Notes: generated by a model from the letters alone, not told the origin. DNA of 64,000 nucleotides from Nitrosopumilus sp. (GCA_965223425.1 OZ245003.1:2112001-2176000), one strand, 5' to 3'. Positions 19,223 through 28,483 are shown, numbered from the stretch's first letter. Numbers and translations are program-made.

Positions 19223-20041
19223 TTGAATGAAGAGTTTGATCCGTTTGTTGCAGAATGGCTTTCATTTGTAAAAAATCCAAACTTTAACTTGGTTGAAAAA
19301 TGCCTAAAATTTGCTCAGCTTTTAGAATATCCGGATCTAAACGTAGACGAATACATTCAGAAGATAAATAAAATAGGATTGTCATTAAAAGAATCAATTA
19401 GTGATGTCAAAAACCCAACATATCTAATTTCAATGTTAAATGAGCACTTTTTTGAAAATCTAGGTTTTAGTGGAGATGACGATGACTACTATAATCCAAA
19501 AAACAATTTTCTAAACGAAGTAATTGACAAAAAATCAGGTTTGCCAATCACCATTTCAATTCTTTATGTCGAAATTGCAAAATTTATTGGGTTGAGTCTT
19601 CAAATCGCCGGATTTCCAAGTCACATCCTAGTAAAATATAACGAAGAAATGGTTTTGGATCCATTTTATGATGGAATGCTATTAGACATTGATGACTTGC
19701 AGGAAATATTAGACACTAATTTTAACGGACAGTTAGAATTTCAACCGGAGTTTCTCGATGAGATAGAACCAGAACAAGTTCTTGTAAGAATGACGCGCAA
19801 TTTGAAGAATTCATATGTACAGTCATTTGTATATGACAAGGCACTTCGTTGCACTAACATGGTTTTGGCAATTGATCCTGAATCTCCAGAAGACATCAGA
19901 GACAAAGGAATTTTAGAAGAAAGGCTACTAAATTCTGAAACGGCGTTGAGATATTTGAACAAGTATTTAGAAATCAATCCAGACGCAGAAGATATAGATT
20001 TTATTTTAGAGTTGATAAGAAGCATAAAGACAAAAAATTAG
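19223..20041 (+). CDS. SirB1-family protein (transglutaminase-like plus TPR)
   Basis: YYNPKNNFLNEVI..KSGLPITISILY, GFPSHILV, DPF, RMTRNLK, RDKG. Confidence 0.88.
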   Translation: MNEEFDPFVAEWLSFVKNPNFNLVEKCLKFAQLLEYPDLNVDEYIQKINKIGLSLKESISDVKNPTYLISMLNEHFFENLGFSGDDDDYYNPKNNFLNEVIDKKSGLPITISILYVEIAKFIGLSLQIAGFPSHILVKYNEEMVLDPFYDGMLLDIDDLQEILDTNFNGQLEFQPEFLDEIEPEQVLVRMTRNLKNSYVQSFVYDKALRCTNMVLAIDPESPEDIRDKGILEERLLNSETALRYLNKYLEINPDAEDIDFILELIRSIKTKN

Positions 20042-20208
20042 TCAATGATAGAGTTGATATCTTGCCCTTTCTTGATCAGTGATATTTCATGACGTGCAAT
20101 TTTATTTCTAAATGCTTTCTTTAGAATATCCAATTCACTTCTGAGTAGTGCAATTTCATCTTCAAGTTTTGCAACTCTCTCATAGATGGTTTCAGCTTCT
20201 GAACTCAT
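20038..20208 (-). CDS. Small coiled-coil protein (56 aa), not in ORF track
   Basis: MSSEAETIYERVAKLEDEIALLRSELDILKKAFRNK...; stop overlaps the SirB1 stop. Confidence 0.7.
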   Translation of the reverse strand: MSSEAETIYERVAKLEDEIALLRSELDILKKAFRNKIARHEISLIKKGQDINSIID

Positions 20209-22103
20209 AATTATCTATCAACAAAAAATTGTCTTAAAAAGTTATGGGTAAATATCTTGACTGTGTATAGTCCAAAAAGTAGTTCACCCCTTCTCCGAGT
20301 ATGTAAAGTCGATAAAGAACAGGCGCATCGACCTTACTGTCACAGGAAACAAGGGTGTGTGGGTCTGGAAGAAAAGGCTAGGAAGATACACAAGTTTGGA
20401 ACACCCCAACAACATGAAACTAAAGAAATCACAGGTACATGGATAGTACGAGAAAAGAGAAAGGGCCGTCTTGCCAACACCAGATAGCCCAGTCCATGAA
20501 AGTGTCAGTACGATGGGTCCAAAAGCTGTGGGCCAGGCACAGAAACCACATGATACAGGACATATCACATCCTGCACTGATGGGAAGGCCCAAAAACGGC
20601 ATGCCAGGACGCAGGGAGCATTCTGCAGTCCTTGCCGTACGGTGCCAGGAGCACCTGGGTGCTGCAAACATACAAGATGCAGTCAGGGATCAGACCGGAA
20701 TAAATATCCCCCACAACACCATTCACAAAATATTGAGGGACGAAGACATGGCATCAGAGGAGTCAAGGAAGGGCAAAAAGCGAAGATGGGTTCGCTGCGA
20801 GCGCACCTACTCAAACTCCCTGTGGCATACTGACTACAAGCTGCTTGATGACGGCAGGTGGTTCCTGTGCTACGAGGACGACGCCTCCAGGTTCGTGACA
20901 GGATACGGCATGTTTGATAATGCCACGACAGAAAACGCACTCAGGGTGCTGGATCAGGCCATAAGGAACCACGGCAAGCCTGCGGCAGTCATGACGGATC
21001 ACGGCTCGCAGTTTTATGCAAACGAAAAGGAGGCCAAGGCAAGGGGGGCGCAAGCAGGTTTGAAAAAAGGCTAGTCGAGCTTGGAATAAAACAGATTCTT
21101 GCAGGAGTAGGACACCCGCAAACCAATGGAAAGCTGGAGCGCCTGCACGGCGAGATACAGCGGAAGCTTCCGGAGTTTGTGGCAATCATGATGCGCAAAA
21201 GCGATCCGGTGGACCTGCTCATGGACTGGTACAACAACCGCAGGCCCCACATGTCACTGAACAGAAAGCAGAGGGAAACGCCTGCACAGGCCTTTGTGCG
21301 CACCTATGTTAACCACCGGGCGTGTTGCGGCAACGCATCCCAGTTGTATTTCCGATCCGTGCCTACTTGTACGGTGCAAGATTTATAGCTAACGCTGGAG
21401 AGATAATTTGGTGGGATGACATGCCAATCACCTCTGGCGTGCCTTTTCCATCTTGGCAAGCTTGCGTTTGTACAGTCCCTCGTTTCGGGACTCGTATGGT
21501 GTCCTGGTCTTGAGTATGTGCCACGCTATGGTTATCATCTTGTTGGCGACAGTCACTATGGCAAGTGCATGCTTGCCTGCATGTCTTCTCTTGGAAGACT
21601 CGTATACTGCCTTCATTCTAGTATCATGAATTACCGCCGTGTTTGCAGCCTCGCACATAACCCAGTTGACCAGACTGTTGGTGTCAAGCTTTTTGATTCT
21701 GCCCATGTAGTTTTTGTCGCCTGACTGGTGTATCGCCGGACACAGGCCTGCCCATGAGACGAGATTCTTTGGGGTCTCGAATCTGACAATGTCGGCTATC
21801 TTGACTGCAAGCAGCAGTGCAGAGTAGATTCCCATGCCAGTCATGCTGGCAAGAAGTTTTGCATCCTCGTTTAGCGATGCCTCCTTTTCCAGGTGTTCAT
21901 CCATGTGTCTTATCTCCTCGGTAAGGCTCCTTATCTGCCGGGCACACTGACTCGGTACTATTTCGTCATGTACGGATCCCAGGCTTGCAGACTCCATCTG
22001 TTCTACGGCCTTTATGGCATACATCTCAGAGGCATCGATTTTCACATCGTATCTGTCAAGCAGGCTGTGGACGCGGTTTATCACGCGTGTCCTGTCCTGT
22101 ACG

Positions 22104-23235
22104 TAGTGAATTGGATTAACAATCGCTCACAAAACAGACAACATTATTCAACCACAAGATCTAGATCCCAGTGTATGGCAGAATCCGCATGAAATACAAC
22201 AATTCTGCAATACCGGCAGACAGAAGGTTCCTGTCCGGCGTCTCCAGTGCGCGCCTGCGCAGCATGCAAAAAAAGGAGACAGATCCCAGGGCCGCAGCAA
22301 GGCTGCTGGCATATGCCATGCGCAAGGAGGGCATGTCCATACGCCAGATATGCAGGGCCCTCAACAGGTCATACTCTACAGTACGGGACTGGCTTGTGCG
22401 CGCCGCACAGCTTGGCACCTGCGGCAGGTACGACATCAAAAACAAAGGCGCGCCAAACAAGCTCGATCCGGAACAGACAAAGCAGCTGCGCGCAGACCTG
22501 CTGGCAGGCCCGCGCAGTTGCGGGTTCGAGTCCGGAGTGTGGACGGCACCGCTGCTGGCCGCACACATCAGAAAAAAGTTCGGCGTGCAGTATGCCACTG
22601 TCAGCATATATGACATACTGCACAGGATGGGCTTTTCGTGCAGAAAGCCGCGTCCAAAGCACCCAAAATCAGCCTCAGAATCAGAGAAAAAAGAGTTTAA
22701 AAAAAAAGCAGGGGAGATAATCCGGAGCCATCCAGACCATACGGTGATTACAGTTGATGAGGCCTCCTTTATCATTGGGTGGAATACCAAGAACGGGTGG
22801 TACCTCAAGGGCAGGCCCGTCACCACTCCAGTCAGCCTGTCGCGCAAAAGGTTCTACTCGTTTGGGGCGCTGTACGACGGCGGCTTTGACTGCAGGTTCT
22901 ATGCCAAGGCCAACAGCTACAGCTTTGTGGACATGCTCGGACACCTGCATCTCAAGCACGGCAAGATCATCGTCTTTCTTGATAACGCATCATACCACAA
23001 GTCAAAGATGGTCAATGATTTTGTCGACTCGTATGACGGCGACATAGTCCTTGTTTACTTGCCCGTGTACACCCCGGAGCTGAATACCACGGAGGGGCAG
23101 TGGAGGCTGTTAAGAAGGGCCACTGCAAACGTGATGTATGAAAGCACAAAGGTGATGAAGGAATCCATATGGACAATGCTGGATAGACGTGAGGTCAGGA
23201 TAACAAGGATGAGCGGTTATTTATCCTAGTCACTA
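22104..23235 (+). mobile_element. IS630-family element (inner layer), 1132 bp, apparently intact
   Basis: 26-bp imperfect TIR tagtgaattggattaacaatcgctca / tgagcggttatttatcctagtcacta, flanked by CG on both sides. Confidence 0.9.
22189..23229 (+). CDS. IS630 DDE transposase
   Basis: HTH, WT..L motif, VDEAS, LDNASYH, YTPELNTTEGQW. Confidence 0.93.
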   Translation: MKYNNSAIPADRRFLSGVSSARLRSMQKKETDPRAAARLLAYAMRKEGMSIRQICRALNRSYSTVRDWLVRAAQLGTCGRYDIKNKGAPNKLDPEQTKQLRADLLAGPRSCGFESGVWTAPLLAAHIRKKFGVQYATVSIYDILHRMGFSCRKPRPKHPKSASESEKKEFKKKAGEIIRSHPDHTVITVDEASFIIGWNTKNGWYLKGRPVTTPVSLSRKRFYSFGALYDGGFDCRFYAKANSYSFVDMLGHLHLKHGKIIVFLDNASYHKSKMVNDFVDSYDGDIVLVYLPVYTPELNTTEGQWRLLRRATANVMYESTKVMKESIWTMLDRREVRITRMSGYLS

Positions 23236-23986
23236 CGGTCCTGATCCTCTGTCTGACCATGGCCCGGACTCCTCTTGTGTCAGCTGACGGCACATAACAC
23301 TCTGGTATTGAATCCATCCTCAATACGCTTGCTATCTTTTGTGCGTCAATCTTGTCTGTCTTCTTTCCCGTCTTTGCAATTATTGCCATCTTGTAGGTGT
23401 TGGCAAGCTTTATGTCGATTCCATGTCTCTCAAAGGCGCCGTATGTGATGTTCCACATGTTGCCCGTCGTCTCGCATGCTGCCTGACATCTTCTGGCAGA
23501 ATACCTGAGTGCCGTCTGTTCTGCGAATTTGTCTGCATCTGAGACGGTGTTTTGATACTGGCCAGTATGCAAAACCTTTCCCTTCCAGTCCATGACGCAT
23601 ACGTCACATTTTCTCTTTCCAATGTCTATTCCTATGCTGATTGTTCCTTTGCTCATCCTTTCTATCACCTCCTTTCGGATCTTTGACGGATCGGAAGCTG
23701 CATACACCTATCAGGGCGCAAGGCCCAGTCACACAGCAGCTCGGATTGCCCCATTCAAGCTCAAGGGCGCATGGCCCATATGCATACAGGGGTCGATTCA
23801 TCACTACAGCTACGACGAGGTGGTTATCATGTGTTCAAGATGCCGCCAAAGGGAGAAATAGTCGTAGATGAGCAGACAGGGGAGGAATATGAAACCAAGT
23901 AGCAGGGGGGTGAACTACTTTTAGAATCCCACAATTACGTAACTACGTAGATAAAAGTTATATGCGTAGACTAGGGATTTTAGATA

Positions 23987-24172
23987 TTGCCCAAATGGAA
24001 GAAAGACGCTAAGGAATTTACAGTGAGTATAAATCATAATGAGTCCCGAGGATATCAAAGCTCTATTCCTAAACCTGTGATTGAAGCATTAGGCGAACCT
24101 GATTATATAACATTTGAGATAAATGGGAAAAATATATGGATTAAATCAGGCACAAGTACAACTAATTCGTAG
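23987..24172 (+). CDS. AbrB/MazE-like small DNA-binding protein
   Basis: SIPKPVIEALG...ITFEI pattern. Confidence 0.65.
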   Translation: MPKWKKDAKEFTVSINHNESRGYQSSIPKPVIEALGEPDYITFEINGKNIWIKSGTSTTNS

Positions 24173-24219
24173 AATTTAAAAACACAAAGATTATAATAAT
24201 AATAAGAGAGAAAATTAGC

Positions 24220-24501
24220 ATGGAAACTCAATTAAATTATCTAGACCATCGTTCTCTAGAGAATGTTTTTGAATACAGTAGAAGTCCAGCAGAAGAACAT
24301 CATCTTAGAGATCTTCATCTAGTTACTTTAGAAGAAGGTGAGAATGGAATGATTGTTGCTAAATGTACAGAAATTAATGTCATCACACAAGGCAAATCAT
24401 TTGATGATGCAGAAAGAAATGTTGTCGAAGCAATTAGTCTTATGAGAGAAGAATTAGGAAAAGACAAAGAATTTAGCATATCAGTAAGAAGAATATTTTA
24501 G
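24220..24501 (+). CDS. hicB: HicB-family antitoxin
   Basis: EEGENGMIVAKC...ITQGKSFDDAERNVVEAI. Confidence 0.85.
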   Translation: METQLNYLDHRSLENVFEYSRSPAEEHHLRDLHLVTLEEGENGMIVAKCTEINVITQGKSFDDAERNVVEAISLMREELGKDKEFSISVRRIF

Positions 24502-24713
24502 TGTCTCTTCCTGTAACTTCTGGCGGTGAATTAGTTAGATTTCTTGTTAAACAAGGGTTTGTAATTAAACGACAAAGAGGAAGCCATGTAATTTTAAAAC
24601 ATAGCGACAAAAGATTAACTAGTGTTCCACTTCATAATGAATTAGATAGGGGCACTTTGAGAGGAATATTGATTCAGGTAAACGAATTAGAACACTTTAT
24701 AGAACAGATATGA
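24501..24713 (+). CDS. hicA: HicA-family toxin (mRNA interferase)
   Basis: GFVIKRQRGSHVIL..VPLH.ELDRGTLRGIL; start overlaps the hicB stop. Confidence 0.9.
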   Translation: MSLPVTSGGELVRFLVKQGFVIKRQRGSHVILKHSDKRLTSVPLHNELDRGTLRGILIQVNELEHFIEQI

Positions 24714-24726
24714 TAAACAAAACAAT

Positions 24727-25173
24727 ATGTCCGTTATAGATTCAAAAGAAGTTGATTTTGTAGTTTTAAAAGAAGATTATAGTAGATTTCTAGTACATGA
24801 TGGAACTTGCATCAAAGCAAAAATCGTAGTCAAGAAAATTTTCTTTAATCCTCAAAAAACTCCTGAAGGGTACCCTGCAGGTATAGCTGTAGACACATTT
24901 AATGCAATATCTGCAGTAGTGCCTCAATCTCTAAAACGTCAACCTTCAACAGAACAAATGAATCCACAAAAGGATAAGGGTGAAGAAGTAAAGTTTGAAG
25001 AACAAAAAATTGAAATTCAAGAATATATGACTCCTGATGGGTTTAAGATCACTGTAAAACCTATTGTTACAAAAATTCTCAAGTATGACAAATACAATAA
25101 TTATGGCGAACCAACATACAGTGTAGTTTTACAAGCAATAACAAATATTGAAAAAATAGAAAGTACAGGTTAA
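24727..25173 (+). CDS. Hypothetical protein built from two homologous ~70-aa halves
   Basis: EVDF..KEDYSRFLVHDGTCIKAKIVVKKI..GYP versus EVKF..KIEIQEYMTPDGFKITVKPIVTKI..GEP. Confidence 0.7.
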   Translation: MSVIDSKEVDFVVLKEDYSRFLVHDGTCIKAKIVVKKIFFNPQKTPEGYPAGIAVDTFNAISAVVPQSLKRQPSTEQMNPQKDKGEEVKFEEQKIEIQEYMTPDGFKITVKPIVTKILKYDKYNNYGEPTYSVVLQAITNIEKIESTG

Positions 25174-25281
25174 TTTCATGTCCCGACCCTTTACAGGTCT
25201 AGATTATCCACTCATGACCCGATAAGTTGACAGAACCGTTCAATAGGTGATTTTTGCCATATATTTTTAAAATCACGTTAT

Positions 25282-26106
25282 TTATCTCTGTTTTCTCTTC
25301 AGATAACCTGCCAATATCTTGTCGGCCATGTCTCCAACATCCATATCTTTTCTTGCAGCCAGACTTTGCAGCTTTCTTGCATTTCCTTTGTTCAATGAGA
25401 CTGTAACTTTTTGTTGCAGCAGTCCGGATTTTGCCTTTTTGAGCAACTTGGCGTGAGATGATTTTGGGGAGCGGTTCAAAGCCCTGAGATACTCTTTTCT
25501 TAGCTTCTGGTCCAGCGGAACTATTTTTTCTGCAGTCCTTACTGCCTTTGAAACGTTTGGAACTGCCCGATACAACTTTACACAGTCATCGCGGGACAGC
25601 TCCCTTGGAACAAACTGTCTTAGTCTGTCCGGCACCGCTGCAAACCCCAGATATTTCTTTAGAGTTTGGGATGACATTCCAAGGGAACGAGCGGCCTTTG
25701 CCTTTCCAACTGACTGGGTTAAAAACACGCATGCTGCAGTCGTGTCCCTTGTGTTCATCTTGTTGCGGTGAAGATTCTCTACAACAGACGCTGCCTTTGC
25801 GTCCTTCAGGTCATACCTTGTAGTGTTAGCAAGCAACAGCGCCGGAATCTTCTTTGCGCCCAATCTTTTGAGCGCTGCCAATCTCCGCTGTCCTGACATC
25901 AGCAGATACTCGTTTTTGCCGTTCTTTTGAACCATAGGCGGATTCTGCAGTCCCTCGTTTTTGATGGATTTTGCAAGCTCTGCGACCCCATCCCTGTCGA
26001 GTTTTCTAGCTTGTGCGTCCTTCCAAACCTTGATGTGTTTTACTGGAATTTCTCTTAATCGATATTTTATTGGGGAGTTGTATCTTTTGGCCGTGATTAT
26101 ATCCAT
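25282..26106 (-). CDS. ParB/Spo0J-like protein, copy 2
   Basis: Identical to 15934-16752 except for the C-terminal residues. Confidence 0.85.
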   Translation of the reverse strand: MDIITAKRYNSPIKYRLREIPVKHIKVWKDAQARKLDRDGVAELAKSIKNEGLQNPPMVQKNGKNEYLLMSGQRRLAALKRLGAKKIPALLLANTTRYDLKDAKAASVVENLHRNKMNTRDTTAACVFLTQSVGKAKAARSLGMSSQTLKKYLGFAAVPDRLRQFVPRELSRDDCVKLYRAVPNVSKAVRTAEKIVPLDQKLRKEYLRALNRSPKSSHAKLLKKAKSGLLQQKVTVSLNKGNARKLQSLAARKDMDVGDMADKILAGYLKRKQR

Positions 26107-26356
26107 GGCTGACTTTTGTTAAAAGAAGTAGTGATCAGTAATTGACAAAAAATGAAAAAAATATTAGCGGATTTTGCATTCGGCAGGTATGCCGGTAGTC
26201 AGTCCATGGCAACTGGCAGTTAGACGCAGGAATGTTGGGGGGGATGTCGGCAGATTAAAGTTCACTATCAAATGCATCAAAAATCAAAAACCGCTGTACA
26301 ACACTGACAAATCATGCCTGGCACGGAGATGCCTGGAACTTGAAACAAAACTAGAG
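25293..26356. repeat. 1064-bp direct repeat, copy 2
   Basis: Matches 15939-17002. Confidence 0.95.
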
Positions 26357-26542
26357 TCATTATCAGGCAAGAAAAAAGCCAAAACTGTGATATCTGAAAA
26401 TGAGTTGGATAAGATCGTAGTCCAGGCACGTCTAAGGAAATCAGCCAGAGACAGTCATGCCCCCAAACAAAGAAAGATCGTCTCTTGGAAGGCTGTTTGG
26501 CAGAAGGTAGCAAAACAGGAACTGCAAGATTTCTGTCAGTAA
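26174..26542 (+). CDS. Hypothetical protein (start uncertain); truncated counterpart at 16820-17017
   Basis: GDVGRL..I....KPLYNTD resembles a small motif I recall in thaumarchaeal proteins. Confidence 0.45.
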   Translation: MHSAGMPVVSPWQLAVRRRNVGGDVGRLKFTIKCIKNQKPLYNTDKSCLARRCLELETKLESLSGKKKAKTVISENELDKIVVQARLRKSARDSHAPKQRKIVSWKAVWQKVAKQELQDFCQ

Positions 26543-26640
26543 AATATTGAGATCCGCTAATTTCTGAAGAAGGGCGGGTGAAACAAGGGCAAGAATGATT
26601 CAAACAAAAACTAAAAAACCTACAGAAGCCCATCTCTGAC

Positions 26641-26877
26641 ATGAGAAAAAACCCACACCCAACATATTCCAAGATAGTCAGGGCGGTAAAATCAAAGAGA
26701 CTCAAAGAGCCGTTTTACCCAAACGACTTGGTCAAGGCGTGCCGTATTGAGTCAAGGGCCGCATCAAGGTACCCTTCCAGATACAGAAGGGGCAACCCAC
26801 AGAAAAAGCCGATCTACTTTGTAAGATCCAATGACGGCCGGTACAGGCTGGCCAGGCCATTCAAGTATGGCCTGTAA
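26641..26877 (+). CDS. Small basic hypothetical protein (78 aa), copy 2
   Basis: Paralog of 17026-17262 with 3 aa differences. Confidence 0.75.
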   Translation: MRKNPHPTYSKIVRAVKSKRLKEPFYPNDLVKACRIESRAASRYPSRYRRGNPQKKPIYFVRSNDGRYRLARPFKYGL

Positions 26878-26914
26878 TGCCATTTGTTGAGTCCACAAGT
26901 GATACAGATATGTT

Positions 26915-27000
26915 TCTTTAGTTGTCATTCTTTGCCGCATCTCTTTAGTTGTCATTCTTTGCCGCATCTCTTTAGTTGTCATTCTTTGCCGCATCTCTTT
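26915..27000. repeat. 27-bp tandem repeat, three copies
   Basis: tctttagttgtcattctttgccgcatc x3, no spacers. Confidence 0.92.
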
Positions 27001-27412
27001 ATTTTTGAATTCCGTTCCACGCAACGCGGTTGCCAACAGTCTATTGCCTCAAGAGTTCTAAACATGTTGGAATGGTTATGTTATCATCACCTACTTTCCC
27101 AACAGTTCCCATATCTAATGCAGCTTTGAGGGATTGAATTGTCACTGCTGCTGAATTTTTAGCGCAGTTGTTTGGATCAAATATTTTAGGATTGTCAAGG
27201 GGACATCTGATAATATCTCATGAGGTTCAAATGCCCTTCCTTGTTCTGATGAACAGTTCAGCACGGTTTTGAATTTTTTGGGAATGTGTATTTTGTACGG
27301 AGCGCAGATGTCAAACGGCTTGATTGTCTCGTATTTCACCTTTCGTCTCGGATCTTTCAACAGTCAAAAAAACCATGAATATAAAAAAAGATATCGAAAA
27401 TGGGCAATTAAA

Positions 27413-27574
27413 CTAAATTTCAAACTCTTGGCGACACTTTTCGCATTTTCCTCTCTCTTTTCCAGGCGGGCCAAGAAGGAATACTTTGCCGATGGTTCTG
27501 CATTCAGGACACATTCCAGTTGTCGCATTTTTAGGACCGGTCCGGATAATTTTTTGAGTTTTTCTTCGTCCCAT
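27413..27574 (-). CDS. Small zinc-ribbon protein (53 aa), Elf1-like; not in ORF track
   Basis: MGRRKTQKIIRTGPKNATTGMCPECRTIGKVFLLGPPGKERGKCEKCRQEFEI. Confidence 0.7.
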   Translation of the reverse strand: MGRRKTQKIIRTGPKNATTGMCPECRTIGKVFLLGPPGKERGKCEKCRQEFEI

Positions 27575-27616
27575 TGAATAAGCTTCTCGAGTCGTCCTAT
27601 TAAATTTAATTTTTAA

Positions 27617-27703
27617 TGGCGCGGGGAGGGGGATTTGAACCCCCGTGTCCTTGCGGACATAGGATTAGCAATCCTACGCCCTACCAGGCTAGGCGACCCC
27701 CGC
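27617..27703 (-). tRNA. tRNA-Ser(GCT) with encoded CCA
   Basis: TAGGA-TTGCTAA-TCCTA anticodon arm, long variable arm, G discriminator. Confidence 0.95.
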
Positions 27704-27736
27704 ATAAGGATGCCTAGAATTAATCTGTAAATAAAT

Positions 27737-28483
27737 TCACTCGTCGCCAAATTGGCTATAATTATTCACAATCTCATCAATTGCCACTCTTTTTCCACCT
27801 ACAATTTTCAGATCCACTTGGATCTTTTTGTCAGAAAGGGTAAGAATGTTGTAGGTGTTTTCAAACAATCCACGAACTCGTTCAGATGTTGCAGTTCCAG
27901 CATTTACTACTGTCAGTTGTTTGAAATTCCAAGCCCATGGCCGATGTTTGTGTCCACACAAAACCACGTCAACTTTGGTATCCAAAACTGTTCTTAGCAC
28001 ATCGCCGGCATCAACAACAGTGAGTTGATCAGAGCCGGTATCAGGGATTGCAATTAAGTGATGGTGCATTGCCACGATCTTTATTTTGTCTTTATATTTT
28101 TTCATGGTCCTTTCTAACCACAAGTTTTGCCTGTATCCCACCTCCCCATTATTTCTATCAGGTCGAGCAGTTCCAACAGTAACTAAAACAACATCACCAC
28201 TTAACTCGTTGACTGTTTCAAACGGAAAAAATTTTTTGAACAGCAAATAACCGGTGTTTCTATAATCATGATTTCCGCTAACTGCAATAATTTTTTTGGT
28301 GTTGAGTTTTGTCAGCAATGATTTACATTCCTCATACTCTTTCATCAAACCCTCATTGGTAAGATCACCTGTAATTACAATCACATCAGGATTTAGTTCA
28401 TTTACCTCTTTGACTACTGTTTCAAATACTTTGGGCTGAAACTGGGAACCCACATGGAGATCCGAGAGCTGTACAATAATCAT
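27737..28483 (-). CDS. Calcineurin-like metallophosphoesterase
   Basis: SDLH, TGD, GNHD, HH and GHKH motifs. Confidence 0.92.
   Translation of the reverse strand: MIIVQLSDLHVGSQFQPKVFETVVKEVNELNPDVIVITGDLTNEGLMKEYEECKSLLTKLNTKKIIAVSGNHDYRNTGYLLFKKFFPFETVNELSGDVVLVTVGTARPDRNNGEVGYRQNLWLERTMKKYKDKIKIVAMHHHLIAIPDTGSDQLTVVDAGDVLRTVLDTKVDVVLCGHKHRPWAWNFKQLTVVNAGTATSERVRGLFENTYNILTLSDKKIQVDLKIVGGKRVAIDEIVNNYSQFGDE

Larger units (their letters stand above)
21428..23656 (-). pseudogene. IS110 DEDD recombinase (364 aa when reconstructed), split by IS630
   Basis: GIDIGK, CETTG, KTDKID and HQSG motifs; SD GGAGGTGA. Removing 22102-23235 restores RQRIRTVQDRTRVINR in frame. Confidence 0.9.
21303..23837 (-). 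mobile_element. IS110-family (IS1111-type) element (middle layer)
   Basis: CA core at 21301-21302 and 23836-23837; 12-bp sub-terminal IRs atgttaaccacc (21306-21317) and ggtggttatcat (23819-23830), 3 and 7 nt from the ends. Confidence 0.88.
20414..23902 (+). pseudogene. IS481 transposase, frameshifted three times and split at 21302/23838
   Basis: MKLKKSQV-WIVREKRKG..; shifts near 20437, 20478 and 21045. C-terminus ..TPAQAFVR|KMPPKGEIVVDEQTGEEYETK* rejoins across the insertion. Confidence 0.8.
20264..23933 (+). mobile_element. IS481-family element (outer layer), interrupted by IS110
   Basis: TGT...ACA ends with imperfect TIR (aaaagtagttcacccc shared); rve-type transposase with WHTD, DDASR, TDHGSQF and HPQTNGKLER. 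Confidence 0.88.

Noticed and set aside
26915-27000. Possible mini-CRISPR
   Set aside because: Repeats are contiguous with no spacers.
15934-27703. Integrated element at tRNA-Ser
   Set aside because: No integrase and no duplicated tRNA 3' end seen in the window.
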